DNA of 64,000 bases from the human T2T-CHM13v2.0 reference genome, Homo sapiens. The DNA lies in NCBI RefSeq assembly GCF_009914755.1, contig NC_060930.1, one strand, 5' to 3'. Position 1 is the first letter of the stretch. Every line of letters begins with the position of its first letter. The translations under genes were made by a program, and so were the position numbers. Below are positions 1-19,583 of the stretch, piece by piece. The notes beneath the pieces were generated by a model, which was given only the letters and a program-made list of their open reading frames with translations, was not told the DNA's origin and did not search any database.

Positions 1-541
1 TTAGAGGAAGAAAAGATATTTTAATAAGAGCTACTGAATGGTCTTGTACTTTGCTTAATGAACTTGCATCTCTGATACTGAAGCAATAATGGGACCTGAT
101 GTTTGAACTATTTGGCCAGGGAATCCTACCAGTGAGTGATTTCCCTGGGGGCAGTAACCACCCCTCAGGATGTCCTTCTTTCTAATCCCACGGTCATTTT
201 TACAGAAGGAGGGACCACTTTAAATGTTCCTCCACTCCTACTCCATTAGGATTTCTCTGACTTCTAGGTTCCTCCACCTCAAAGAGCATCACAGGTTTGT
301 GAATCTACAGCTTTTGGTTTTGATTTGTCTTAGCAGCAAAACACCCCTATGGTAAGAATATCATAAAAAATAGCTCTCATTAATTAAAAAAAAAAGCATA
401 AGCTTTTTTTTTGTTTAAGTGTATAGGCATAATCTTAATGTAGTTCTTAGTCATTTACTTATCATTTTTCCATAATGGAAACATGATTTTGGAATTTTCA
501 GGATGGGGAAAAGAAACAAAATAAATTATGGGAGTTTTTTG

Positions 542-670
542 TGTTTTTTTTTGAGACTGGCTCTCATTCCTCTGTCACATGGGCTGGAGTGCAGTAGTGT
601 AATCTCAGCTTACTGCAACCTCTGCCTCAAGTGATCCTCCCACCTCAGACTCCAGAGTAGCTGGGAGCAC
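542..670 (-). mobile_element. Partial Alu (right-arm fragment) in 3' UTR
   Basis: poly-T followed by ggctggagtgcagt... Confidence 0.8.
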
Positions 671-1074
671 ATAAAATTAAAACATCTAAACTCTCATAAT
701 GGGTCATTTTGCCAGGTTCTGCAGGCAAACTTTTATTTGAAGTATTCTTTTTTGTGCTTTGTATTGAAAGTAAAGTTAGGTAGCTAAGGGGACTACTCAA
801 CCCTGAGAACACGACCGAGAAAAACTGCAAGGCATATGATGTTTGTCGAAGTATCACATGACTATTTCAAGCTTATAGAGAAACTTGCAAAAAAGTACAA
901 AGATGGCTATTTTTAAATTTCATACATATTAAGATAAGATGGACTCTTTCACTGAGTATTATCAGACACAATCGACGATGTAATCTATTTGAATTATACC
1001 ATAGCCCTATTCTATATTGGCCAAAGGAAAAGTAGATAGGTACTGTGAAACGAGACTCTGAATTCTTTCTATAA

Positions 1075-1395
<321 letters not shown>

Positions 1396-1515
1396 TACAT
1401 TTTTATTTCAGTTGTCGTGTCTCTCAGGCTCTAAACAATTTCCAGCCCAAACCACAGCACCATCCTGATGAAAAGGGCCAGATATTAAGACAGCTGTTAG
1501 GCAGTTAATCTGTAA

Positions 1516-1616
1516 TTAAAAGGCTGTGGCAACTTCAGTTCCATGACGACCTCCGACTTTAACACAGTCTCGAGGAAATTTGTCCAATTGTTCATATGCC
1601 AGCCGCCCATCTTCTC
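1516..1616 (-). CDS. RIPOR2: RIPOR2 last coding exon (G)EDGRLAYEQLDKFPRDCVKVGGRHGTEVATAF*
   Basis: AG acceptor 1617-1618; 101 nt; phase matches previous exon; TAA stop. Confidence 0.95.
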
Positions 1617-2332
1617 CTAAATACAGAACATTAAACATGAATACCAATTCAAACTTAACGTTTTTATTCATTACTCAAAGTAACATAGTGCCAATTGTTT
1701 AGGGATGGGTTGCTATAATATGCTATGCTAACTTTTGGTAAGGAAAAGTTATCTTTTGTTATTCCTAATTATGTCATTGTTTTCCAGGTAATGCTTAGAA
1801 CAACCAAGAACTTTTGAGCTAATTAATGCCAGAGACCAACAGAATGCCAGGGTATGAAACAGAGTAGAAGTCTTATGGCCATTTGATGTTGATGATTTCA
1901 TATAATCGATTTATTTTAGAGCAATTGTATGGATTATATTTTAAGTACATTAGGGATTTCAATATGGCTAATGCACTGAACTTTTACATAACTTTTACTT
2001 GTATACATTATATATCGATACATCTAAATGATATGTGGTAAAATCAATCTTAGGCTTTCAAACTTCAGCTAAAAATTACTTTTTACTATGTAAACATACA
2101 GAGATGCCTTCTACCAGCCACCAGCTAGTTCAGTTTTGTCCGTAACGCCACCTTGAACAGTTAGGATGCAATTGCAAATAATTTTAATGTTTTGTTCTAT
2201 TTTTCTACTTTAAAAAATGATTTAGAAAATGAGAAAATAAAATGCAAAGACAAGTGATAAGAAGCAGGCTTTCATACATGTAATGCAAGTGAGACAAAGA
2301 TGGAAATAGTTGTGCCTAATCAGAAGTTCATC

Positions 2333-2614
2333 TGGGTGTGGTGGCTCACACCTGTAACCCCAGAACTTTGGGAAGCCAAGGTGAGTGGATCACTTGAGGT
2401 CACGAGTTTGAGACCAGCCTGATCAACACAGTGAAACCCCATCTCTACCAAAAAATACAAAAAAAGAGTTAGTTGGGTGTGGTGGAATCCACCTGTAGTC
2501 CCAGCTACTTGGGAGGCTGAGGCAGGAGAATTGCTTGAACTCGGGGGCAGAGGTTGCAATGAGACGAGATTGCATCATTGCACTCCAGCCTGGGTGATAG
2601 AGCGAGACTCCATG
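2333..2614 (+). mobile_element. Alu (AluS-like), no A tail
   Basis: Alu consensus similarity. Confidence 0.9.
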
Positions 2615-2747
2615 TTTAAGGTAGGCTAGGCTAAGCTATGATGTTCTGCAAGTAAGATGTATTAAGTGCATTTTTGACTTAACAGTATTTTCAACTTACA
2701 ATGGGTTTATTGGGATGTAACCCCATTGTAAGTCAAGGAGCAGCTGT
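2615..2747 (-). mobile_element. MER47/Tigger5-like DNA transposon end
   Basis: aggctaggctaagctatgatgtt...gtaagtcaaggagcagctg resembles the recalled MER47 terminus. Confidence 0.7.
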
Positions 2748-2759
2748 CCTCAAAATTGA

Positions 2760-2897
2760 GTAAACTTAAAACTTCAGTTCCTCCATGGTGGCAAAGGTGA
2801 ACAGCCCAACAGCCATTTAGGATGGCTGCTGTCATACTGGACAGTGCGCATATAGAACAATCCCATCACCATGGAGGGATCTGTTGGACAGCTCTAG
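2760..2897. mobile_element. MER3-like hAT-Charlie fragment
   Basis: tggacagtgcgcatatagaaca...gttggacagc. Confidence 0.55.
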
Positions 2898-3112
2898 GTT
2901 AAAATGTCGAAATCATTCCATACTAGTTGGTAAATAGTTGCAGCCCTGAGTCCTTTAAGTGCCCGCAATGACCTTCTGCCCTTTGTCATAGGGCATTTTA
3001 TCAATTCCTATTGAAAATACTATCCTCACTATATTAATTCAGTCATTTGTGTAAGAGAAAAATGTGCCAGTATTTGTGTATTAGGGTCAAAGAAGATTCA
3101 TAATATTGACTT

Positions 3113-3275
3113 CAGGGGGGTCTCAAACTTTATATTAGAATCACCTGGGAGGCTTCAAAAAATCCTTAAAAAATCCTGATGCCAAGGAACACTTAGACCG
3201 ATGAAAGCAGAATCTTTGGGAGTAGATTGTTTAAGCTTCCCTGGCAAATGTGCAGCCAGTGTTGAGCACTGCACA
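3113..3275. mobile_element. MER5-like DNA transposon
   Basis: tctcaaact...attagaatcacctgggagg. Confidence 0.55.
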
Positions 3276-3870
3276 CTGGTGGTGTGAGAGGGCCCAGGGC
3301 TGATATGAGCAGTGTGCATGAAGAGCTAAGGTGAAGCAGGTATGGTGATGGCTTCTGGAGATGCTGCTGTTTGCACAGCTCCAGTGAGGCCCGGGGCACA
3401 TTCTGTAGGATCAGCTTCGTTAGGTTACACTGGAAATAGAAGCTTCGTTGGCTATGCTTTATAAACGCCTGGCTTACCTTCATGGTTATTTTAGAATATG
3501 AAGGGACAAAGGAGTTTAAACTAATAATACCTTGGTACATTTTTAGAGAATTAAATAATTTCTATGCCTAATACAACCATAAGGAGTAACTTTTATTCTT
3601 TAAACAAATATATACTGGCTAAGATTTCTGTGGAAGAAATCATATATTCAATAGCAGAATGAAGCCTTGTTAAACCCATAATTGTAAGAAAGAGGGCCTA
3701 ACAATAAATGGGATTTTCACAGTGATTATAAATGCCATGAGATTCTTCTTCATGTTGTTAAGTTAGTATCACTAAACAAGGGTAGCTTTTTTCTAAGCTG
3801 CAGTATTGATTGGATTATGTCTGAGGATTTCTAGGAGCATAGTTTTTATACTTTAAGATTGTGTTGTTGA

Positions 3871-4275
<405 letters not shown>

Positions 4276-4859
4276 TAATGCCTGCTAGGCATGAACCTTC
4301 ATAAAATAAAGTGAAGAGGAAGGATTATCTGGATATTTCAGAATAAAATAAGTACTCCAATTCTTTTCTTAGGTATCAGGGCTCAGATGGGCAGAGGCCA
4401 CAGGGCAGTCAGAGGTTAATCTGGGAGTCAGGGTGAGGCTGAGATACCTGGGGATTTACAGCATTCCCTGGGATGCATCTCTGGTACCTCACCCAATTTC
4501 TGTCCTCCAGGGAGTGTCAACCCCACCTGGCAACACAGCCTGGATTCCTATTGCCTTTGCTTTATGGTTTGACTTCTGTGTTCTTGATTCTAAATAGTAC
4601 ACAGACTGATCAATCCATATAGAAAGTCTCCAGACAATATAGTTCACTCTCAGCATCCAGACAGAACAAGGAGTTGGGGTGAGATGGACACTGATCAGTT
4701 CTTCGTACTCTGTGTGTGAGAAGACAGCCTACAGCGGGGAAACTGCTAAACAGGGTACATGAAACTTTTCCTTACTGGAGAAGGGAACATCTAAAAGGGA
4801 ACATCCGTTAGAGAGTGCCAGAAGCAAACAATCATGTAAACAACAACAATAAAACTCAC

Positions 4860-4950
4860 CCAGAGACAAGAGGGTTTCTGAGGCCACATTTCTGATTTCT
4901 TCAGTATCAGATTGACACAATGTCACCAGCATTTTAATGCTTTCAGTAGC
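4860..4950 (-). CDS. RIPOR2: RIPOR2 exon ATESIKMLVTLCQSDTEEIRNVASETLLSL(G), C-terminal helical-repeat region
   Basis: AG acceptor, GTGAGT donor, 91 nt; overlaps ORF 4729..4932. Confidence 0.95.
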
Positions 4951-5040
4951 CTATGGGGGAAAAATAGGTTAAATCGTGTTTTGACATTTAGGTCTAGAGT
5001 ACCACGAGACTTGGCATTTCACAACTGGTGGGAACTTTAG

Positions 5041-5275
5041 CCTCACTTTGTTGCCCAGGCTGGAGTGCAATGGAGCAATCATAGCTCACTGCAGCCTTGA
5101 CCTCCTGGGCTCAAGCAATTCTCCTGCCTCAGCCTCCTGAGTAGCCAGGACTGATTTTTAATTTTTAACCTTTGGTACAGATGAGGTCTCACTATGTTGC
5201 CCAGGCTAGTCGAATAATTCTGCCTTGGCCTCCTAATGTGGTGGGATTACAGGTGTAAGCCACTGTGCCCGGCCA
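5041..5275 (-). mobile_element. Alu (AluJ-like, internally deleted)
   Basis: Alu similarity. Confidence 0.8.
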
Positions 5276-5952
5276 GCTGGTAGGAATGCTAAAAACCACT
5301 TTATCTATGGGGTCAAACCTAGCTGAGTGTCTGAAACCCAATATTCCTGGGTGCCACTCCGGATGCACTATATCAGAATTTCCTGGGATGGGGCCCAGAG
5401 TTCTTACTTTCAGGAATTCTGATGATCAGCTAAATTCCTCATTCCACAGCACACTCCTGGTCTAGAGGAGTGAAGTGACGAGCTTGCTTTTCCAGAATAG
5501 AATCCATTTTCCCTGGTTCTTTCCACTGAATCTCACTGATTCCAAAATGGCTCTAATTTAAAAATTCTTACTATTTAGTTTATATGCTAAAATAGAGGAG
5601 GAGGTAAAGGCCATTAATGACAATTCTTCTATTTGTTTGTTCCACAAATATTTATTGAGCACTCCATGAACCAGACTATTCATAAGGCATGAGAGATTCC
5701 ACAGTAAACCAGACATGGTTCTGGTCCTCAAGAATTTACAGTCTAGTGGATTCAGAGTATGAAAACCCATGCAGATCACTGTATCCTTATGTCTTTATTT
5801 ACTTTGTCTGTATCACAGACATCTGTCACTGATATATCACTGGATATCAGGAAAGCACCCAAATAGCAATCACTGTGGGCTTTCTATTTGGGCACCTGAA
5901 GGTAATTTTTTTTTTTAACCAAGTAACAAGGCAAAATTTCCTACAGCTGTTT

Positions 5953-6249
<297 letters not shown>

Positions 6250-6372
6250 TAGAGCTGTTTTTGATCACAGGCCATTAACTTTTTCTTTTGAGGTATTAAT
6301 TCCTTTCTTTATCAGGCCTGCAGCTCTTTTCCAAGATTTTGGCAAGTTCTAAGGTGTGGCCTTCTCTCATTC

Positions 6373-6713
<341 letters not shown>

Positions 6714-6974
6714 TGATGAAAGTAGGTCAAACATTACATCTTGCCATTGAAAGGGAAACATCCATGTCAGGAGTTCCCATTCGTTTAGTACTTGTTTACA
6801 TTCTAGCTCTCTCCCTGCTCACGACACCTCCTTATGACAATCAAAACTGGTTCTCTGCTTAATAAAGAGAGCTTGCGGGGAAGGATCTGGGAATTCAGTG
6901 GCATACTGAATTTAGTACTTCTTTTCAAATCTTATTTGTCCTTGCTTTTTGTTGTTCACAATAAAAATGAGTGA

Positions 6975-7334
<360 letters not shown>

Positions 7335-7615
7335 TAATAAGATGTACTTTTCTAATACTGACCTAAAGGCAAACTGGTTCCCTTGGGCTAGTGCAAAACA
7401 TGATTGCTTTCTGCCACTTATTGACTTTAACAAAACAAAGTCACATGTAATTACTGTTTAAGGGAGAAAAATACTAAAACTAACATACGGTGCAAAGAAG
7501 ACAAGAAATACTGCTAAAAAAGTACTTTCAAACATGAAAGAAAAGCTGTTATATACACTCAGCTTAGCCTGGCTCCAAGCTGAGCTGCCAGGGGAGCTCC
7601 AAGGCTGGGCTTTAC

Positions 7616-7699
7616 CTCAAGGATTTTCAGAGCCAGGCAAGCTGCTTTCTGGAGCTGGAGGTTTGTCTTTGTTAGTGCTTCACAGTAATAGAGCAAGGC
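7616..7699 (-). CDS. RIPOR2: RIPOR2 exon ALLYYCEALTKTNLQLQKAACLALKILE
   Basis: CAG acceptor, GTAAAG donor, 84 nt, phase 0/0. Confidence 0.95.
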
Positions 7700-7875
7700 C
7701 TGAAAGAGAAGGAGGGACCTCATGAAGGCATTTTGGTTTGTTCGTAGTTTAAGAGGTATACCTCATTCTTACTCTCTGAGATAAACTATAGCATATAACC
7801 TACACATTTTGCACTACCTTCAGAGCAAGAAAAAAAAAGCCATTGAAATTCATATTAATTAAAAGAGTCGTTTAT

Positions 7876-7948
7876 TCAATAAATTGATCCCTTATGTTCT
7901 CCTAGATCTACTATGACTCTAGGAGAACATAAGGGATCAATTTATTGA
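7876..7948. repeat. Perfect inverted repeat, 31-bp arms, 11-nt loop
   Basis: tcaataaattgatcccttatgttctcctaga ... tctaggagaacataagggatcaatttattga. Confidence 0.95.
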
Positions 7949-7955
7949 GTAACAT

Positions 7956-8150
7956 AATGACCGTGGGCTTTTATTGGCCACCTAAAGGTAATTTTTTAAA
8001 CCAAGTAACGAGGAAGGCAAAATTTCTCAGAGCTGTTTTTGATCCCAGATCATTAACTTTTTCTTTTAAGGTGTTAATCCCTTTCTTTATGTCCCATCAT
8101 AAAGGCCTGCAAGCTCCTGCCCCTTGTCTCATGTGTCATTCCAAGATTTG
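7956..8150 (+). repeat. Diverged direct copy of 5868-5952 plus 6249-6340
   Basis: Alignment by eye across the Alu insertion point. Confidence 0.85.
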
Positions 8151-8468
8151 AAATATTCTCCTAGAGTCCATGACTCTAGGAGAATATAAGGGATCAATTT
8201 ATTAAATAAAATTGGGAGAGAGTTATGATTCTGGCTTTTAAGGAGCCCTTAGATGTAGTAGAAATGCTAAGACTGTTTAGAAGGAACTGAAGGGAAGAAA
8301 TGTATTAGGTCCCATAAGAAATCTACAAGGTAAGTCAGTCACTTGGAGAAGAGACATCTTACGGAGTGCCAGGGTAAGTTTCACAAAAATGTTTGAACTG
8401 GAATGGAAATGATGGCTTAGATTTCAGTAGGGAAGTTGATTGAAAAAAAGGTATTCAGTCAGAAATAA

Positions 8469-9403
<935 letters not shown>

Positions 9404-9444
9404 CCTGTTTTCTCAGTTTTATAGGACAATTCCATTTAAAAAAA

Positions 9445-10558
<1,114 letters not shown>

Positions 10559-11529
10559 TCTGTGGCTTAACACTCTTAAAGTTTTAACACTCTTAAAGGA
10601 AACAAAGATATGCAGTATAGGTTATTACAGCAAGAACAAAAGCAGTAACAGTAACTAGCTCTTTACTAGACCTAAATAGTTAGAGCCTGGGCTTTGGCTT
10701 TTGAAAACCTCTCTCTGGCTTGCCTTTTGGCCTCTACTCACTTGAGGGTGAGCAGCCAAAAGGGGAGGAAATAAGCCTCAATCCACAAGTGGGCAGCTAC
10801 ACAGGGACTAGCCTCCAGTACAAAAGGAACAAGGTGACTGTCCCTGAAGTGCCACTTGCCATCAACCCCCTCCAAAGCTACCATTTCCAGAGGTGGATAT
10901 ACACCAAGGTCATCTTTAGCATTTCATCCCTATTGAAGCATTGTTATAATGCAAACATGCCCGAGAGGAAGGACAATTTAAGTTGTGATCACCCATTTAA
11001 GTCTTGGAATATGTGGTTTTGGTAAGGGGTAAACCTATGGTTTGATAGTTAGCCTTCAAGTCCCTTGATATGAGTAAAAGAGGGAAATGGCAGGAGTTCA
11101 AGGCTGTAGTGAGCTATGATTGCACCACCTGGGTGGTGCATGTCCAGCTTGGGTAACAAAGTAGGATCCCGCCATTAAAATCCAAAACAAACCTGAGAGA
11201 CAGAGAAATGGGCAGGGGAAAATAGAGAGGAGTCTTGTGCTGAAGTTCATCTACTTTATAATTTTAACAAGGGCTGGCCCTGGAGGTCAGAAACCAATCG
11301 ATGGTGTCTGTGCAAAATGCTGAGTCATAATTCATTTAGTTTGATTATGTTGGTGGAAATATTTGTCTCCCTCATTTCAGGAACACAAATATTGTAACCA
11401 TGTGTGTAAATATATCTGAAAATATCAATTCACTTGTCCCATGAAGAGATGACTAGGTACTTGTTAGGTGCCAAGCTAACATGCTAGGTGATAGGGCAAA
11501 CCTGTCTATGTTAACTTCAGAGATGATAG

Positions 11530-11920
<391 letters not shown>

Positions 11921-12349
11921 TGAGTCATAAGGTTGCTCACTTTAGTTTGAGTGGTTGCCTAAGAATTGGTGGCTGCTTAGATTCATAACAATTCCAGGAA
12001 GCAAACAGAAGGCACATTATAAAGCCAGAAGCCCCTGTCACCATGCAGAGGCCACCAGCATCTCCTCTGACCAGTCCTGGATAATTAAAGAAGCAACCAC
12101 ATCTGAATGCAACAGTATAGTTGGAGGACAGTGGATATTTCCTACTTGTCTAGGTGTGGGGAAAAGCATAAAATAATGAACCAACACACACAACTTTTAT
12201 TTTGTCTCAATAGCTATGATCCTTGAAGCAAGGTTCCGGGTTTACAGTGACACCAGCTCTCACAGAGGCATTTTTGTGTTGCTTTAGTGCTTTGCATCTA
12301 GTTTTAAGAACTTAATGTAATAACTTTTGCTATTCCATATAAGAAAATA

Positions 12350-12560
12350 TGGAAAGGGTTCAGGCTTTGGGAGTCAAACATTTCTAGGTAGTAATCCAAA
12401 TTCTGTTACTTAACTAGTCTTAGTCAAGTTTAACTCCTTGGAGGCTCAGTTTCCTAATCCATAAAGTGGGATCATAGCATCGACCTTGTTAGAGATAAGA
12501 CAGCTAAGTGATGCTGCACGGTGCCTGGTGTTTAGGAAGTACACAGTACTTGACAGGTAT
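12350..12560 (+). mobile_element. MIR
   Basis: ggctttgggagtcaaac...ctcagtttcctaatccataaa. Confidence 0.6.
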
Positions 12561-12737
12561 TATTTCTTGTTTTTCTGACTACTGGAAACTCTTCAAGGGT
12601 AAGGACTGCTTTTCCTTTATTTCTACAGTGTCCACAAAACCCTCCATATAATACCAGGGACACAGTAGTCACATAATGAAGGTTTAGTCATGAAATATGA
12701 ATTTGAGGGAATAAACATGAGAGCTGAATTGGAATAA

Positions 12738-13130
<393 letters not shown>

Positions 13131-14301
13131 GCCCCTGTTGCTATTTCTAAGGGCACATTTCGAACACTGGCCCCTCAGTGTGACTAAAGAGTATCACAGA
13201 CCTGCTCCCCATAAACTGCACACTCAGATGCGTATATATCCTGCTACCAGCATGTTCACGATTCTTTAATTTTCCTTCTCTCTTTTTGGTAGGAGGTGAG
13301 AGTGGTCAGCCCACAGAACAGCTTTTTGAGCTAATTCCACTGAAAGATCATAACTGTGTAGCAAAGAACTACATAGAGTTCACCCTTTTGGACCAAAATG
13401 GCGTTAGAGTGGATTATTTTCTTGTGAGTACACAAACGTTCCATTACATATTAGCTTAGGCAGTGCCTTAGACAAGTTAAACAAACGGAGTTCAACATGG
13501 GACCTTTTCAAGGACAAGGAGAGGCCATGTTTAACTTTCTTGAGCTGATCTGGATTTTGATGAGAGTTAGTTTTTAGAATGACAGTATAAATTGTAAAGG
13601 GCTCCCAGGGGACCAATTCCTCTTGTATGAGCCAATGTACTTAAACTACAGATTCCTGTTCCATCTGGATGGCTATTGAATTAAAGCTGAGGGAGAGATA
13701 AATTACCTCTTCCCTGGAAGTAAGAGTGATGGCTTTTAAAATTAAAAATATTCCAGCTCTTTCAGCCAATAGTTAGATTACTTGACCCCAAACTGCTCAT
13801 AAGACATGCCTGTGTGCACACACATATACACACACATATGTTCACCATAATATTTTTAGAGTTGGACACTATACAAATGCCCACCAATACACAGTAAGAA
13901 AATAAATTCTAGGATATTCATACATGGACATGCCATTCATCCATAAATATAATGAAGTAGATCAATATGTTCTATCGAGGAAAGAAAATAACCATGATAT
14001 ATTACATTTAAAAATCCATTATGAAATAGGATAGTGTGATCTCATTTTAAAAATTATGTATGTTAGCATATATATAGATACAATCTGAAAGAAGAGGCAG
14101 TATGTTATTAATAGTTTTCTCTGGGGGCTGGACTTAAGGGGTACTTATCTATATTTCTTTAGTTTTGATTGCTTTATGGAGCACACATTATTAATACGCA
14201 GAAAAATTATTTTTATAAAGGAATAAATGCTAAAATATTAGTAGTAAATGATAGGAAATTAAACCAGCTTCTGGCTTGATGGCCATGGTTTAGTGTCTTA
14301 C

Positions 14302-14504
14302 CTTTTCCCTGAAATGCTGATTTTTGGAGGCTGCTGCCAAGTAAAGCGTCACAGCCTCGCTAACTTCGTTGTCCTCTCTGGTTAATAGCAGAGCCAGAGT
14401 CCTGAGTACTTCCTGCTGGGCCAGGAGGTTGCTGGGAGCAAGGTCACTCATGGTTTGTAGCAGTTTTTCATCTCTTAGTGATTGCAGAGTCTGAACCATG
14501 GAAA
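14302..14504 (-). CDS. RIPOR2: RIPOR2 exon (V)SMVQTLQSLRDEK...NQHFREK
   Basis: CAG/GTAAGA, 203 nt; ORF 14290..14499. Confidence 0.95.
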
Positions 14505-14969
14505 CTGGAGGGTAAGAAGGAAGGAGATTTCATGTTCTGACATGCTAAAGTAATCAGCTCATTACAAATATAAATAGAACTCAAGTACATAAGAAAGTAT
14601 AGTATAGTAACTCCAATACATATGAAAAATTAGCATCTGATAAAGATGGTATTTCAGATTGGTGAGAAAAGGACAGACTATGCAAATAACTACATTATAG
14701 TGATGGGCAAAACACATGGGAAAAAGTGAAGGTGGGTTTCTATCTCATAATGGCTACAAAAATAACTTACAGGTGAATTAGCCCAAGGTAAAAATATACA
14801 GAAGAAAATACAATTAGACATTTTTTACAATCTTCCTAATATATGTATGGCAGACTTAATTGCTCCTCTTTTAGTCAAACCTGTCTGGCAAAACCCCAAT
14901 CCTGGGTGAACCCAGTGCAAAAACCAAGTCTGCACTGAGGCAACTGGGCCCCGATGGAGCAACCTATCT

Positions 14970-15305
14970 ATCTATTTATTTATTTATTTAATGTTTTTCT
15001 CTTTTTTTTTTTTTTTTTTTTGAGACAGAGTCTCTTTCTTGTTGTCCAGGCTGGAGTGCAAATGGTGTGATCTCGGTTCACTGCAACCTCCACCTCCTAG
15101 GTTCAAGTGATTCTCCTGCCTCAGCCTCCCAAGTAGCTGGGATTATAGGCGCATGCCACCACGCCTGGCTAATTGTTGTATTTTTAGTAGAGATGGGGTT
15201 TCACCATGTTGGCCAGGCTGGTCTCAAACTCCCGACCTCAAGTGATCCACCCGCCTTGGACTCCCAAAGTGCTAGGATTACAGGTGTAAGCCACCTTGCC
15301 TGGCC
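14970..15305 (-). mobile_element. Alu
   Basis: Alu similarity; TSD gagcaacc. Confidence 0.9.
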
Positions 15306-17215
15306 AGAGCAACCCATTTTGTTGGTTGGAATAGGAAGACAATATTAAAAAATAAGGTTTTGAGTCCCATTTGGACAAATTAACCATGTTCCATGAATAA
15401 AGAGTATACTCTACTCCCTAACCAGAAATCCAGCATGATCAACCATTAGTCACAAAAACACTGGGATGAGAATATGTCTGGTCAGTACAAATGGAAAAAT
15501 AAAAGCCAAAATTCATGCTCCATGAATAAAGCAACATTCTCTACACAGTAGACAAATTTGTGATTTATTTAGATTTTTTTTTTTTGCTTAATTTCCTATT
15601 TTCCTTGCTGTGAATGCTCTATCAATTTCACTGCTTTGTAAATAAACACCCTAGTAAAAAGCCTGAAAGGAAGCATTATGGATTATAACATCTAAATTAA
15701 CAAATCACAGAAAATAGCCTAAATGCCCAACAATATAATCAAATACATTAGTATACATTCAAATGCGGAACTATTAATCTCATAACTAATATAATCTAAT
15801 ACAAATGCTTTCAAAGAATAAGATAGAACATAATATCAAATAAAAAACAGGATCAATACTCTATAAGGCATAATTACAATTTGGAATGTAAAACCCATGT
15901 ACATTCAACTGAAAAATGCATTCAATTTAAAAAGTAAGAGGAGAGATTGGAATTTCTTTCTTTATACTTCTCTGTTTACATTTTTTTTTTTAATAATGAA
16001 GGCTTTTCCCTTTTATAATGAAAGAAAAAAGACACTTAAAATGTTAAAGGTTTTTTTCATTGTCATTCCCCATTGTTGTTAGTAAATGAGTAGGCCTTCT
16101 TGGGGACCGTGTAATAAGAGCCTAGAGATGTAAACTGCCACTGATGCAAACTGAGTAATATAAACATTTTCTCAGAAAATGGATTTAGATTGGGACAAAT
16201 TTAGTATCAATAAATGAAGACTATAATATTATAAAATAAGACTTTGTGGTCCTAAAACAAGGTCTTTCTGCCCATGCTTTCTCTTCCTGGTCCTCTGTGC
16301 TGGTGTCTGCCTTGTAAGGGGTTATGCACAGACTCTCTCCCATGCTCCGTGCTGGTACAGTGCTGGGTGAAGGAAGATTTTTCTTCCTTCACTATGATGC
16401 CACCCAATGTGCTGACTGTGTTGTTGCAGGATTTGATGTTCTGGAGAGAGAAGGGGTAAGCCTGGGCTTGCGCCAGACATGTTGCTGCTGCCTGGTGCCG
16501 TGCCACACTCACCTAGCTCCAAAGAACACACCTCATTCCTCTTGTCCCTTTTAACCTGCATTGGTCAAGGCTCTGTGGATTTATAAAGCACAAACCTGGG
16601 AACCAGAAACCAGCCCCTCACTACCTGGCTCCACTCCCAAAGTGGAGTTTTCACTTGATTTAGATTGCTATTTTATTTCCAGTCTCTGAAGGGCCGTGTG
16701 GAATGGCAAGAACCAGCTTCATTGCTGCATGCCTGCACTGGCAGCTGTTCTTGTACCCTGGATATGGAGCCCTGGAGTTAGTTTTCCACCTTTTCCTCCT
16801 TTCCCTTCCCACCATGTTACCTACCTGCCTTCTTTGAAACCCCATTTCTTCCTATTATTAATGAAAGCCTCACCAAAAAGGGCAATATAAAATAGTATTG
16901 CCTGTAGGATTGATCCGACTAATGGCAAATACATTACTGAAGGAAATAAATTACAGTGAAAGCTTAAATCATTTACCAGCTTCCTGTAAATGGTACCTCT
17001 CTGCCAGATGATTGAGTTGCTCCTAGTGAATCCCTGGTTCATTAACAAGGGGCTCACTAATGTTAAAAGTCCAAAAGTCACTTAAAAGGCAAATTGCACC
17101 TCTACTGTGGACTTGAAAAATAAAAGGCCATCATTGCCAAAAGCCATGATTTAAAAGAGCAGAGATAATGCCAAATTGAGCCACCACTACAATGTGACAA
17201 AAGAACATGTCCCAC

Positions 17216-17374
17216 CTTGCCTGGCCAGCTGGCTCAGGTAACTCTCCAGGTCACTGACGCCGTGGCTGGTGAAGTAACTGTAATACTGGAAAACAGTGAC
17301 GACTTCCGAGGACAGGCTGGAGGAAAGCAGAGGCTCAGCCCGGTCCAGAATTTGGGACACCAGGGTTCGAAACA
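17216..17374 (-). CDS. RIPOR2: RIPOR2 exon (V)FRTLVSQILDRAEP...LSQLARQ
   Basis: TAG/GTGGGA, 159 nt; ORF 17187..17420. Confidence 0.95.
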
Positions 17375-17439
17375 CTATTCGGAAGGGAAAGACACAAAGC
17401 AGCTTTAGATGGATGACCATTCATTCATTCATTCAATAA

Positions 17440-17580
17440 TTTTTATTTTTATTTTTATTTTAGAGACAGGGTCTCACTTTGTTGCCCAGGTTGGTCTCAA
17501 ACTCCTGGGCTCAAGCAGTCCTCCTGCCTCAGTTTCCCAAGTAGATGGAATTGCAGGCATGAGCCATCACACCTGGCTCA
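17440..17580 (-). mobile_element. Alu monomer (FLAM-like)
   Basis: Single-arm similarity. Confidence 0.75.
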
Positions 17581-17589
17581 ATAAGTTGT

Positions 17590-19368
<1,779 letters not shown>

Positions 19369-19583
19369 TGATATTCTGAATTAAAACAGTTCAACACTTT
19401 CTTTTCTTAAATCTGAGTAGATGATGTTTTCCCTGGACAGTACACTTCTTTTTTCAGGGATGGCCTTTTGTGTGTTTCCCATCTGCAGGCAAGTGGTAGG
19501 AGGACCCCTCTCCCCCGACCCCCACCCCAATGCCCACTCTCACACTGAAGGACAGAAATTCTCTCTCTACTGCTGCCTCATAC

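Noticed and set aside
7876-7948. Possible miRNA precursor
   Set aside because: Size fits, but there is no expression or family evidence; a DNA fold-back origin explains it.
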